Assembly: GCA_003344405.1 (NCBI GenBank)
Contig: NOWV01000199.1
Span: forward strand, 62,001-126,000
DNA: 64,000 bases
Source of the DNA: Trichoplax sp. H2
Taxonomy: Eukaryota
Direction: 5' to 3'
The notes beneath the pieces were generated by a model that made no database searches, was not told where the DNA came from, and saw nothing but the letters and a program-made list of their open reading frames with translations. Below, one piece after another: positions 39,229-53,340 of the stretch; positions within the stretch are counted from its first letter, which is position 1, and each line of letters begins with the position of its first letter. Both the position numbers and the translations under genes were made by a program.

Positions 39229-41245
39229 CTTTCAATGAAAACGTGAATGGAATACCATAGCTCGATTACTTGAACTCTAGCTCAAGTGTTTGGCCGCTAC
39301 TACTAAACTTATCTCATAATCATCGCTTCTAGGCTTGCATGATAATGCTAAAAATTTCGTATAGAACTGATTAGCTTAAAGGTATGATGATCGATACTCA
39401 CAGCAGCTAGCATCTATACATTGCACCCTGTTGATAATGATCATCCGGTAGCATAGCGGTTTTGCTATATAATGAAGTATGTTTTCAAGGTGCTGTGCTA
39501 AAAACCAATACGAAACATGATCCATTCCAATCTTAGATCTATATTTGTATATCGACATGGACATAGTAGGTGAAACCAGAGAACTATGCATTGGATAAAG
39601 AATGTTTTACAAAGAGATCCTCTTTAACTTAAATCGTATCTAGATTACTGCTGTTCATTAAACATAAATAACTTACGCTCCTAAAACAGTACTCTACGGT
39701 AGTAACTATAATTTTAACTTAGACGTAAATCTATTTTAATGTATTTTCATCATCAGGTTTTCGCTCATTTTAGTCTACAGAGGTAAATATTCAAGCAATT
39801 GGAAATAAAATTGGCCAACTAGCCAAAGTCTTCCATATACTGCACTAGCTGTAACAAACTCGTAAGAATGTAATATCATGATCTTAAATTCTTCAACAAA
39901 ATTTGCTAACTTGCGAAAGTGTTCTTTATCATTCAACGATGGAAACCAATGATTTTAGCTTTAAACAAACTCTTACCAAATTAAATATTGCAACCTTCAA
40001 GCTGTTACCGGTATTGCATTATAATAATATTCGTAATGGAGCAATAACGTGCTTTTTCTCTCAACGGTTGCTATTGTAATAATGGGTGCCAATTTTGATT
40101 TTATGATGTCGTAAGTAGAAAGAAGGTCATGAGCTCCTATCCTCAATTGATGCAGTATAAATATTTTTGAAGTACGATTTAAATTTTTTGATTAAGTAAA
40201 CATTTTGATGCCAGTATCTATTTAGAAAGGTTGCCAAGCATCTGAATGGCTTACTGATTGAAACATATTACTAATTGCAACAAACCCTATCATAATAAAA
40301 TAAGATACTGATTAATCATATAATTCATTGTTACGTGCACTATTCCAAGATATGTAAACTAGCTAATTATACGAAATCATTATTCGTACATATAGGAATT
40401 GTTTGGTATCGTGAATTTTTATTTTATTAATTTTCTACTGATATAAGCACGTTGTAAATCAAAAATTGAGTAATTAACAGATTGTACAACTTATAATCGA
40501 TTCAAAAATTATCCACACCGAGTTTAAGCTTATGTGCACTTTTTTTTAAATTGCATTCGACCATATTTATCTGGTATTACCAATTTAAGTTACTTTGTTA
40601 TCGAAATATCACAGCAGGTACCAATAAAGGTAAATAAAATTATTATATATCATTAGATGCCGTCTTCTATGAAGTCTGCATGCTAATGATAATTTTATTG
40701 ATCATAATTTATCATCATCGTAGATGATTGTTTGTAATTGAATAAGTTAATAATTGCATTCAACATTCAAGTTGAACATAAAATTTGATAGGAATATATA
40801 TAGTTGAATTATTGCAGTCAGTACGATATGTCATTATGTACGATCCAATTATCTGTCATTAGGTTGTAATTGAGTCAAGGTTGCAGCCTGAGAAAGGGCA
40901 ACATGTAATCCTACATTATTTATTGTACTAGTATGGATAATTTATAATAACAGCAAAGAATCTGATTAGTCGCCGAAATGACTTATCAAGCTGCTCAGCA
41001 ACTTCATATTTCTGTTCATCTGAAGAGAAATTTTTAAATATATCATTAGTTTCAAATTGCCAAGACGATTCTTGAATGAGGTCAGCTTAGTAATTTTAAC
41101 TATCATGAATGAATGATCAATCTTTAATTCAGAAGGGAAAATATGCATATTTAAGAAGCGGTTAATTTTATCTTTATGTCTCATCTATTCATACGATAAG
41201 ACATGAACTATATAAATCTAAAAGCAAACGCTTGTTAGAATTGCT

Positions 41246-44200
41246 TTAGACTCGACCCAAGTGGTCATCTGAAAACTGCCGCCATTTATCAATAATTTGC
41301 GCTGTTAAACGACGAGGCTTTCCCATAGGATTGTCACTGCACGCATACCATCTCAAAAGTAATGTTTCTTTTTTAGTTTTATCAAACGGGACAGGTCGTA
41401 CACGAAAGAAATGTATTAATTCGAAAATATCATTAAAGCGAAAATTTTCAATGTTCCATCTTTCTTCTGCATCGAGACTTAATCGTAAATGCTACAAAAA
41501 GAAAAGCCAATTGAAAATATTCCAAATTAGTATATAGTGATAGTAGCAATGTATTGCAATACTAAATTATGGCACATAAAAAGTATGATTTAAATGGAAT
41601 AGTGTCGCATAAAATTAACTAACATCAGCATCGATAAAATGATTAAAATGATGTCAAGATTAAATTGTTTCATATGTAATCCTTTAAATGAACCAATAAC
41701 TGAGCTATATGTAAGCATACAGTGAGAAATTCGATTAAAATGGCACTTAGTTGATAGGCAATATGATTTACTACAGTATTCTAAAAATAGAAATCTACAT
41801 ATATTAAAAGCCTATAAATACATAAAATAAGCCTAAAGAATTTTCTACCATACAAAATACGATATAAAACATGCCGCTAAGGGTAGTAAAGAAATGGCAG
41901 TATTCAGATTGAGCAAGATATTGGTTAAGAAAATATATACCTTAATATTGCCTTCACAATTGAATGTTAATGCGAAGCCACTACCACTTTCACTCTGACG
42001 AATTAGAAATGTTCCAGTATAGGCTGGTTGTCCACCTAAACAGTACTGTCCCGCATCGCTACGAGATACTTTAACAAAATAGCAAGAGCAATGCAGTAAT
42101 GTAGTTTTAACTTCATAGGAAACTGGTGAGTTTTGAGATTTTGCTTCTATTTTCTTAATACTATCTTTTTTTACTCCCTTGGGCTGATTATTGGCCATAT
42201 CAAGAGCATTTCTGGCTTGTGGACGTCGAGTTACTTCTTGTGCGTGAGTTGCCACAGAATAATTATCTTCTTCGACAACAACAAGTTCATTACTAGTATT
42301 ATTAGAGTTATTAGCTGTTGGAAAAGTAAACGGTGGCTGTGAAGGTGGTTTACTATTAATAAAAGGATTGGTAGAAGCCACTTTTTGCACTGTTTGCTTA
42401 GTAGTTTGTTTATTAATTAACATCTCGCTCTGATTGCTAGGTGTATCAAATGGCTTACCAGAGCTAGTAGTACTGCGTGTTACAGGAGTAATTTCTTGGA
42501 AAAATTTTTGCAGACCATCATCCGCTGCTACTGATATATTAGGATAATCATAGAAATTATTCATTTCCATCTCAGTTATCAAATTATTTTTGGGCTGATG
42601 ATTGCTTTGAATATTGGCAAAATTTCTATAATGATGATCAGGCTCTTCCTGTACATCGTTACTATAGGTATGATCTTGTCCACTTCTGACAGGTACGATA
42701 TCGTAAAGTTCACCAGCTGGAAGTATGGCCCCTTCCTGTGGCAAAGGTGGCAATTCTTTATTGCCATATCTATCATTTTCGATCGGATAAGATCTCATAT
42801 TTTGATTGCGCTTTTTATTGCTAAGTATTTCGGTAATACTCTCACCCTCAGGTAGACTCTTTCCGTCGGACGATATCACCCTTCTATCGGGTTGAAATGG
42901 CTCCTGTGAAGAATCAGGACTTGGGATTGAGGCGTATTCATTACTAACAACCGTAGAATTACTCTTGTTGTTTTGACTAAACATTGGCGTTATCGATAAC
43001 GGCTTGCGACTTTTTGAAGAAGTAAAATCAATAGCATTTGATCGATCTGGTTCTTGCGAAGGAGCAGGACTTGTAATTGAGCTGTAGTCATTACTAACAG
43101 ATGTCAAATTACTGTTGCTGTTTTGATCAGAGATTGACGTTATAGGCAATGACTGGCTGCTCTTTGAAGAAGCAAAACTAAGAGCATTTGGTTGAACTGG
43201 CTCTTGTGAAGGAGGAGGATTTCGGATAAGGTCATAGTTATTACTAACGGATATAGAATTCCTGTTGCAGCTTGTCTCCAAAATTGACGTTGCTGGTAAT
43301 GGATCAGGACTTTGTGAAGGCATAACAGCAAGAACACTGGGTCGAACTTGAGGGATATCATAGAAACTTAAATCTTCTTTGTCGTCTTCAGCCTTATAAT
43401 CTGCTGGATTGTTCGCTACAGCCAGTGTAATTTCTTGTCTAACTTCTGTCGTCTCCAATAGATCGTCACTTCTATCATTGCTATCCATATCTACTTGGTC
43501 TTCTAGCTCTCTTACATATTCTTCCTGGGTAGCATAGCCATTGCCTGCCGTGTCAACTTCCGCGTCTAGATAAGAATGTTGATATTTGATTAATAAATTT
43601 TACATCATTATTCGTTGTAACAATGTTCATTTCCACTATTTAATAATTTCTAAAAAATGGCTAATCTAAAAGTTGAGTATGCAACAAATTATCGTATCTT
43701 CTATCTCTTAGATAGTGTTTCATAGATGATTCGAACTGCTTTTTAATATTACAGTATTATAAGAAATTAATCTTAATCGCATCTTCTGCCTTCTAGATAG
43801 TATTTCATGGATGATTCGAACTGCTTTTTAATATTACAGTATTATAAGAAATTAATCTTAATCGTATCTTCTGCCTTCTAGATAGTATTTCATGGATGAT
43901 TCGAACTACTTTTAATATTACAGTATTATAAGAAATTAATCTTAATCGTATCTTCTGCCTTCTAGATGGTATTCTATGGATAATTTTAACTACTGTTCAA
44001 AATTATTTGTCAGAAATATATCATTACATAGTTTTCTATACTTAAGATCATATTTCACGGATGATTCAAACTACTTTTTCAAAATTTGTTTTAATATTAT
44101 TATCAAAATTGATGTTGTTGATGTCTTTTATCTTCTATTTTATGGATGATTTGAACTGCTATTTATCAAAAATTAATGTTAATCATATTTTCTATCTTTT

Positions 44201-47045
44201 AGATAATATTTCATGAACAATTTAAACTATTGTTTAATATTATTTATCAAAATGAATCTTAGTAATGTTTTCTATCTTTAAGATTATAATTACATGGATG
44301 GTTTGAACTAGTTCTCAAAACTTATTCATTATTATTAGTCAGTCTTGATCATGTCTTCTATCTTTGAGATTATACCGTATGTATTTCATGGATGATTTAA
44401 ACGGTTTTTAATAGTATTATCAAGATTAATCTTAATCGCATCTTCTATCTACTGGATAATGTTTCATGGATGATTTAAACTACCCTACTGTTCGATATTA
44501 TCATCGGTAACGAATCTAAATGATATTTTCTACCATTAAGATAATATTTCTTTAACTACTTATCAAAACTTATTTAATATTATTATCAAAAAATATTCTA
44601 ATCATGTCTTCTACCGTTCGGATTATACGTATTTGATGGATGGTTTAAACTGCACTTAATATTATTGTCAGAAATTGATCTTAACCCTATCTTCTATCTT
44701 CTAGATAATACGTATTCCATGGATGATTTGAACTAATGCTCAATATGGCCATCAGAAATCTTAATGATGTTTTCCGTCTTTAGGATAATGGATATTTTAT
44801 AAATAATTTGAGCTACCGCACTTTTCAAAAACTAGTTCAATATTATTATCGGAAATTAATCTAAATCCAATCTTTAGCGCCAACTCAGGATGTTGATACT
44901 ATGCAATAATATAATGCTTACCTTTGCTTCTATTCTGTATCTCTCTATATAAAATAAAAATTGGATAAGGATATCAATTTAGGCAAGAGAAAAGTCTAGT
45001 ATGCCATAAAAGAAGAGTATTTACCTGCTAATTGTTTGATCCATAATGGATAAATATTCTTCAATAACATTTACCCACTCATCAACGTCATTTGCGGAAG
45101 GACAGCGTACAATAAATTTAGCTCCTTCAATCAGCTAAATCCATTTTCAGGTCGCATTCGGTTTATGTGCCAAGAGAGCATTTATAAAAAGCAACAGATT
45201 GGATAGAAAAATTTCATTAGATAAAGATAGGACATAAAATACATCAATCTGAGATTGTTCCAACTTTAGCTACTACTGCTTGGCAAACGGATGCATTAAT
45301 TATATGCGCGTAGGTATTTATTCATGAATGTAGAAGTAGTGGAATCTTATCTTCGCATAAAACTTTTACTTTATATGCTTCTTAACATGTTATATCTAAT
45401 ATTGCGTGAGGAATAATAAACAGCAGCAATAACTATCGCAACTCTACAAGTTCTATCTACTTGACAATCTAGAATCTATCGTATTTTAAGGATCGATCAA
45501 GGAAATAGTAAATCATGCTTTGAGTAGGCCGTAAATAAATAGATCCACAGATGCATTTTATAATATGAAATTTTCAATCATGAGTAGCAACATCTTCTAT
45601 AAGGAAACCAAAGCTATAAAAGCTTTCCTTGCATAATTGTGGCGTGAAAAGCTAATTGCTATTGTATTGGCGCTATTTTAGTTCGACTGAGTACTTAATC
45701 TTAGGCAGAAGAGAGTTTTGTACGATAATATACAGTAGTAGGAATAAATCGATCATAAATGAAAAGACCGGAATTGAATTTAATTGAACGCATTAAATTT
45801 ACCTCAATTACAAAGACGGAATCATTGTTAGGATTTTCTGCTTCGAAAGCTAGACGAGCACATTTAACGCGAGTAAGAGCGACCACTTCTGATTTTTTAT
45901 TCGCCTATGTAGAGAATTGCATATCATAAATAAATGCTTAGCCGATTATTGTCGAAGAAAATTTAGTCATTGCAAGTTATCATTTGATTTTATTGCCATC
46001 AATATGGCTTTGTGGTAGTCTTGCTGCTATTGATCATAGGCTTCATAGATTAATGAAGTAATCAATCGATTTTATTGTCCTTACGTGAATCATGTAGTAA
46101 AATTGAAAATGATCTTAAATCTATACGAGTGGTCCTTTTACTTGTATCATGTTGACGACGATTTTAAATATGGTTGCATTATGGACTTGCCCATATTAAT
46201 CATAGCACTCTCTTACATGCACTTCTGAAGAAATCAATCTATCATCAAAACATAAGTCACATAACTTATGTTATGAAATTGGAGATTGACTCAGTTATGA
46301 GAGTGCTTGGCTAACATTAAGAACAATTTTTCTTACAAGAGCATGTAATCGAAATACGCTAGTGAAAAGGATTTCAACGTTATTCGAAATGATGTCAAGA
46401 CTACCTTGCTCGATATGATGAATCATGGATTTAAGAAAAGAGATAGAAAGCAACAGTTGGTCATGATGGATCGGTTAAGAAAAAGAAATGATACAAATGG
46501 ACTTGTTGGTTAACTATCTTTGTCATTCTTACCTTGTTGGAGCAATAAATCTCCAGAATATATTGCTGATCTAAATTAGCTAGGGTTAATTTATTAGTTG
46601 CATTTCTCGTAATTTGATGGATGCCATCGTTGGTTAAGAATTGAACTTTGCCTTCTCGTATTACTTCAGGAGGATTGGTGGAGGTAATTGGTTGTCGGTC
46701 TTTGCGTAGAAAATTGAGAGCATTATGTTTAAACTCCTTGATAATATCGGCGATACCTTTATTAGTGGATCCGTCTCTATTTGTATGAGTAGCAGAGGTA
46801 TGGAATTCATGAATATCATTTTCAGATCGAGTCGGTGTTGAAGGTGTTTGAGCATCATACAATGTATCGACGAAAGTAAAAAATTTTTGCATATAATATT
46901 GACAGCAGATAGAGGTTAAATTGTGATCCATATCGATTTTATTAATTTCGGTGTAATGGCGTAATCCTAATGTAAAGCTTCTGGCTGCATTCATAGCTTC
47001 TTTATCACAAAATCGTTGCATTCCTAACGTTAACGTTACGGCCAT
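41246..47045 (-). CDS. SH2B/Lnk-like adaptor, copy A: Phe-zipper-like + PH + long Tyr/Pro-rich linker + SH2 (~872 aa, 6 exons)
   Basis: Exons 46533-47045, 45803-45904, 45025-45134, 44922-44944, 41941-43565, 41246-41491. The SH2 (SRSDAGQYCL..GTFLIRQSE..FALTFNCEGNIK|HLRLSL...FNDIFELIHFFRVRPVP) closely parallels the SH2B family. N-terminal FCDKEAMNAARSF...YMQKFFTF resembles the SH2B dimerisation helix. The PH domain ends with DEWVNVIEEYL. Confidence 0.85.
43690..44875. repeat. Intronic minisatellite, ~87 bp unit, ~12 copies, decaying along the array
   Basis: The first three copies (43700-43975) are near identical: 'tagatagtatttcatggatgattcgaactgctttttaatattacagtattataagaaattaatcttaatcg'. Later copies are degenerate. 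Confidence 0.85.
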
Positions 47046-50040
47046 CTTGGTCAATCAATGGATTCTTGTTTTCCGTACCGATCAATAATTTAAGTAGATG
47101 GTCCAAGAGCAAGACTGAAACTGAATTGTAATAATCACTGTATTGAAATTAAAATTTTTCAACCAATCTTTAACGATATCATAAAGAAAATGCGATCTAA
47201 ACCTTATCTACCAGTGGGTTGGATTATTATCTTCTTCTTCAACTTTTAAACTAGAGTGAGCAAGACGTCGATTAATAATATAATATAATACAACTTTTCG
47301 CATTACTCCCCATTGATCGACTTATTTAAATTTTAGTTTATTGTCATTGCTTTCTCATCAAATAGACTGCCATTATGATTTTATCAATAAATAGCAATTG
47401 ATGTTATTACAGGATAATATGAATAAATATGCTAATAGGATGCGATAGAATTATTATTGTGATGGATGAATGACGTGAAAACTTAGACCACCTAGCTAGT
47501 ATAATGTCATTTCTAATAATAAATAGAAAGGATGAGCATCATTTCGTTCCATTAATGCCTCATTACTCATACTAATCTATTGGCTAGCTAGTGGTGGTAG
47601 CATTCCTATTTTAATTATCATCTATAGCGTTGTTTCTAGAGAATTAACGTCTTTTCAACTTAGTGTAATGAGAATGGCTTAATGTGGCATACACTATACT
47701 ATATTTGAATGCTAGCGAAATAAATGCTGCATTCTTCAATTAGGATAAGACAAGAGGAACAAATAGCAGGCTGGTATGCTATTGAACTGAAATTAAATGC
47801 TGTTAATCAAATCATCTCGCCAATTTTGAATCAATTGGCTTGATGAAGAGGTTAACGACAAAATCGGTCTTAGGAATGGTCGTAATAGACGTGTACTGTA
47901 TATTTTGATTGCTAAAATTGCATTCTTTGTCTTTCTGTAATGGCCATTTATTGATGTTTACTCATGCCATCTTTCTTCTAGTGACAGTCATGATGATTCA
48001 TATCGGTTTATGGCATATTGAATCTCATTAGCCATGTTTAAAAGGCCGTCCAGACACTTATTTATGCAGGACTATTTTATTTACATTATACGAGTGTGAA
48101 TTATACTTCAACCAAGAGTTAAAATTACGTTATTTTTAGACCGCGAAATGATGTCAAAAATCAGTCCTAACTTTTACTCTCTTGTAATAATTTACAGTTA
48201 CTACTCGGCCTTGATTTGTGGCTGATTCTAAGATATAATTCTTTCTTAAAATCCATAAGTAACGCAATTAAAATTTTCTTACGACAGTGTGATTCATTTT
48301 AGTTCGTAATACTGTCGTTTATGCATTGTATGCATGCAGAATAAATTGAACTTAATCTACGTTATCCATTGCTGTCGTTGGATTTATTGAGTCCTTCTTG
48401 AGTCTAATTAGCTACGGTTTGATGAATTTCATTAATTTTAAATCTAAGAAATATTACTAGCACTTTAGCCATTTTTAGTAGTTGTAAGTTAAAGTTAAGG
48501 TATCTAAAATCAAGATAGCATTTACCCATTATGCAGGATCACTATTTTGAAAATTTTCTAATGCAACATATTCCACTACACAGTCAATTGTGTATGATTA
48601 GTTCTGACTAGTAAGTTTCCTATAAATAATTTTTTAGTCGGTATCAGTATTTATTTGGGACGGTTCTAAGCTAATCAATTTAAGCAAAAAGTATTTTTCA
48701 ATTCATCAAGGAGTTCATGCCTCATCATCGCACTTAAATTCATATTAGCTGTATATTTGTAGTAGTTTAGTCCAGTTTACCCTTTGAATTCAATGAAGGA
48801 AGAGCTAGTTTATCTGCGGATAATTCTAGTCTTATCATGGAAGTGTAATTCATTTGAGCTACATAGTTACGCCAGTTTACTCTTAGAATTCAATAAAAGT
48901 AGAACAAATTTAAATTGTTCTACGTTATATATTGCCATAAAGAATTCATAAAGTCTTTCTTATAATCTAAGCTAGAGATTGATTAATTCAATCATTATGA
49001 AACCAAATAAATATAATGAATAGTCCGACGTATTCGATAATTATAAATTAAGAGCAAACTATCATAAAACCAGCAGTGCCATTGTCTACTATATTTCAAA
49101 TTTTATTAATTATATCTGTTATGATATATCCCTTGGAAAGCTGTTACGGTAAATCAATTAACTTTATTATAAGACTATCTACAATATCAACTCAGACTAT
49201 CATTAACTTTGAAAGATTCATAGCTGGGGTATTTAGCACTGATTTAGAGCCAAACCATTTCCGAAGAAATCTTTCTCTAAACCGTAATGTAGTTAAAACT
49301 CCCATAATAGTAGCATGCGCTTAAAATTCAGAGCAAATTTAATTACTTTAACCTACTATATCCATTGCCACAGGTTGATTAATTCACTCTTTATTGAAGG
49401 AATATTATGAATACTGTTTCAATAGATGCCATCATCGTAAAGTTAAAGCTCAGTTATTATCAAATGAATATAGTCATTGCCTATTTATCTAAAGTTTATT
49501 AAGTTAGTCTCCTACAATGAAAACTGGGACAATCTCGTAAGGCAATTGTCTCTCTTGGAGCAATCTTGGTTCTTATTTAATCAAATGCGATTTTAATTTG
49601 ATAAATTTCCGTAAAGTGCTTTCTTTCACTAGTCAAGCATTTGAAATCCTTAATGATAGTTATTTCCTACTCAAATTTAAAGAGTATGCACAACATAACC
49701 TTCTATATGCTCATCCATTGCCAGTATGTAATCTACAGTCAAAAGTAATTCTTAAAATTAATGACATCTTTAGGAAATATGACCAAAATTCTACATGCCC
49801 TGAATTCATTATCTTCGGCGATTGGAAATTAAAATCACCATTTGTTTATCGTCAATATTGCTATAGCCCACTTATTCATTGTGATGGAGGGTTCGAAGAG
49901 TCAGATAATGTGGTTTTAGTTGCCATGCAGAGAATTGCACAAGGAGCTTAAGAAAAGAGGATACTTTATTGTAGATATTAGTTAGGTACAATGTGATAAT
50001 TACGGTAGATCAGCGTGGTAGCTGCCGTGAGTAAATTGTG

Positions 50041-50301
50041 AATACTAAGTGTGACTAATAATGCAACTTAAGAAATCTAAGGTAGACAACGGCGGTATTT
50101 ATAGCTATGGCATTAGAATACATGCAGAATACTAACTGTGACTAATAGTGCAACTTAAAAAATCTAAGGTAGAAAACGGCGGTATTTATAGCTATGGGAT
50201 TAGAACACATGCAGAATACTAACTGTGATTAATAATGCAACTTAAGAAATCTAAGGTAGAAAACGGCGCTATTTACAGCTATGGCATTAGAACAGGTGCA
50301 G
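50041..50301. repeat. Tandem repeat, 87 bp x3
   Basis: 'aatactaa.tgtga.taata.tgcaacttaa.aaatctaaggtaga.aacggcg.tattta.agctatgg.attagaa' at 50041, 50128 and 50215. Confidence 0.9.
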
Positions 50302-50689
50302 AGAACATGATTATAGGATTAGATACAACATATACCATAACAGGTTATAGAATAGCAAATGATTGTAGAAAATAGCGAGGACTGTAATAGCTAAATGTAG
50401 TAAGCCATATTTGAATGTAGAGCGAACAGGCTGTAAATGTGTCTGTATTTAATAGCAATACAAAATGTCTATATTTAAGAGTAGATTACAGTTACAGTCC
50501 AAATACACTACATTCATCATTCAATGGCTGCCGTCTTCCGGGATAGGGAATACTTTGATAGCCTCACAATCGAAACCATTTATGCTAATTCCATAGATCT
50601 AAACTCAAAAATACAATGAATAATTCCTTGAAGACGGAATAATAGACGCTTCTATTAGGGAATACTGCATGATTACTTTTAAAGTGATT

Positions 50690-51305
50690 AAACTGATTTA
50701 AAAATATTCCTGCGATGAAATAATAGTGGAATAGAGCGTTTCAGATTTCACCATTAATAAAGGTCCATCGGATAACTTTGTAAGCAGTAATCCAAATAGT
50801 ACATTATAAGAAAATATAGCAGCAGTTTCTGATTTCACTATTAATTAGGGTCCATTAGCAAGCTTTGTAACAATCTAAATAGTGCATTATAAGAAAATAT
50901 ACCAGCAGTTTCTGATTTCACCATTAATTAAGGTCCATCAGATGACTTTTGCAAGCAACAATCCAAATAGTGCATTATAAGAAAATATAGTAGCAATTTC
51001 TGATTTACTATAATTTGCCATCACGTGGATTTATCATAAGCAATAATTCTAATTCCAATGTTACATCATAGAAAAATAGAGCAATCTTTAATTTTACCTG
51101 AAAGTCCATCAGGCGGCTTTGGAAGCAATAATCCTATGTTCAATGTGACATGACAGGAAAGTACAGCAGCAGTTTCTAATTTCACTGTAAAGTCCATCGA
51201 ATGACTATGTAAGTAATAATTCTACCGCCAATGTTACATCACGGGAAAATAGAGCAGTCTTCCATTTTACCAGAAAGTGTACCAGATGACGTTATAAGCA
51301 ATAAT
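50690..51305. repeat. Degenerate tandem repeat, ~85 bp x ~7
   Basis: Recurring 'gcagtttctgatttcac', 'gtccatc' and 'cattataagaaaatata'. Confidence 0.75.
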
Positions 51306-52359
51306 GGAAGGATATGTTGAAAATATAGTTACTACATAAATGGCCAACATTGATTGCTATCAACTCTCAACTCCAAAAGAGGAAATTCAGTTTTTGAACT
51401 CAATGACTCCAAGCTGTATAATAAACCTATATAGGCGAGATTGCAAGATTATGCAAGAACAAGTAATTTATGCAATAAAGTAAAGTTAAACACAAATCAA
51501 AGTCTTGTCATATTATTTGCAGATGCTATACCACCTATTGCAGGTGATTTTCCTCTTAAATTAGGTCAAGAATAAATGTATCTGGTATAGTAACTCGAAA
51601 CTAAAAATATTAAATACTTCACTACATGGCTAGAGTAAAGTTCAATAAGAAATTATTGTTTTATCATGTTACTTTTGAAATCCTATCAATCACATATTGT
51701 AAGTAATTTTATTCTTAATGTAAAAGGCATATCCATCTAATACAGTAATTCAAAATAATATAGTAATTCCAGCCACAATAATGATGATATGGTAAATACT
51801 AAACAATTAGTAGGAATGACTATAAAGGTCATAATAGTATGAAGGAATGCGCTTTAAAAGAAAAGAGAATATGCATTAGAACATTCATAGATCATGGAAG
51901 TGGATCTATAATCACAAGAGTCCAAATAAATATTTCAACATATCTCTTCAATTAATTAATTATACATGTGGTTATACAAATACTCAGAAGTTTCAAGCAA
52001 ATCATGTTGTAGTACAGCGTGTTATTAATGTATTTAATTCCTATTTCACCTAATTCCTTGTACAAAAATAACGCCTGCATTTGGTATGCTCAAGTATCAT
52101 CATCTTATCCATTTATTCTACTCCAAAGTTTACAAGTATCGATTGCGAGCAGAGATGAGAGATGGAAAGCATGACAATATCGAGTAATCTGAATAGATAC
52201 AAATACTATACAATTAAATAAAATATTAAAATCACATGGTATACATATACGAGGGTATGTAAATTCTTACAAAGAAATCGATATTTTTGAAAATAATCGT
52301 GTTTGTATCCAATTACTATATGTCGAATAGGTTCGTATTATAGTAAATTACACCACTTC

Positions 52360-53260
52360 TAATAAAATTATCCATCAGTAAGAATTTCTGATAGTATTTC
52401 TAATTATACATATTCAGTATAGCTACAACATTATCCTCTATTAAAAGAATCTTTGATAGCATTTTTAGTTGCCTCATTCGGTATAGTTAATAAAATTAGT
52501 CTCGAATAAGAACTCTTGATGGTATTTTCAGCTATCCACATTCGGTATTTCTATCAAGAGTTCTTGATGGTATTTCTAATAATCTATATTGCCAGTTTAC
52601 AAAATTTTTGACAGCAGTTAATAATCGCCATCGAATCAGTTTTACCATGAAAAGGGAACGATACTTTGAAAATGAAATAATTACTATTGCTCGTATCAAA
52701 TTACAGTATACCAAAAGAAAGTCGTCCCTGTAATAAGAATTTTTGATGGCATTCCTGGTTATTACATTCAGTTTCACTAATAAAATTAATTTCTAACACT
52801 ATTTCTCGATGATATTTCTGGTTATCTATACCGTTAGTACGTAGAACTTCAACAGCAATTAATAGTATTTATCATCTAATCTTATCTTGCAAAGGGATAG
52901 ATGCTTTGGAAATGGCATGCTTTGCTCATATCGAATTAAAGTATTACTAATAAAATTAGCCTCTAATAAGGAATGATTAATAGTATTTCTAGTTGTCTAG
53001 ATTTAGTTTCATGATTTAAATTAATTTCTAACACTAGTTTTCGACGTTACTTCTAGTTATCTATACTATTGGTATGTAGAATTTCGATAGCAGTTAATAA
53101 TATTCATCATCTAAACTTATCTTGTAAAAGGATGTATACCTTGGAAATAAACATACGGTACTTTACTCATATCGAATTACAGTATTGCTAATAAGCACTA
53201 GCTAGCCTCTAATAAGAATTGTAGATGATATTTCTTGTTATCTATACTTATCAGGTTACA
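52360..53260. repeat. Degenerate repeats including a ~240 bp duplication
   Basis: The block 'aaattaatttctaacacta.tt..tcga...ttatctatac' to 'ctcatatcgaatta.agtatt.ctaataa' appears at ~52782 and ~53018. Shorter 'tgatggtatttct' units occur upstream. Confidence 0.65.
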
Positions 53261-53340
53261 GAATTTTCGATAGTAGTGAATAGTCATTGTCGTTTCGACT
53301 TTTATTAAATTGGAGCATAAATTAGACATATCACTTACTT

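Noticed and set aside
49598..49951. 117-aa plus ORF between the SH2B-like genes
   Set aside because: Starts at TTG, has no recognisable domain and no convincing flanking exons.
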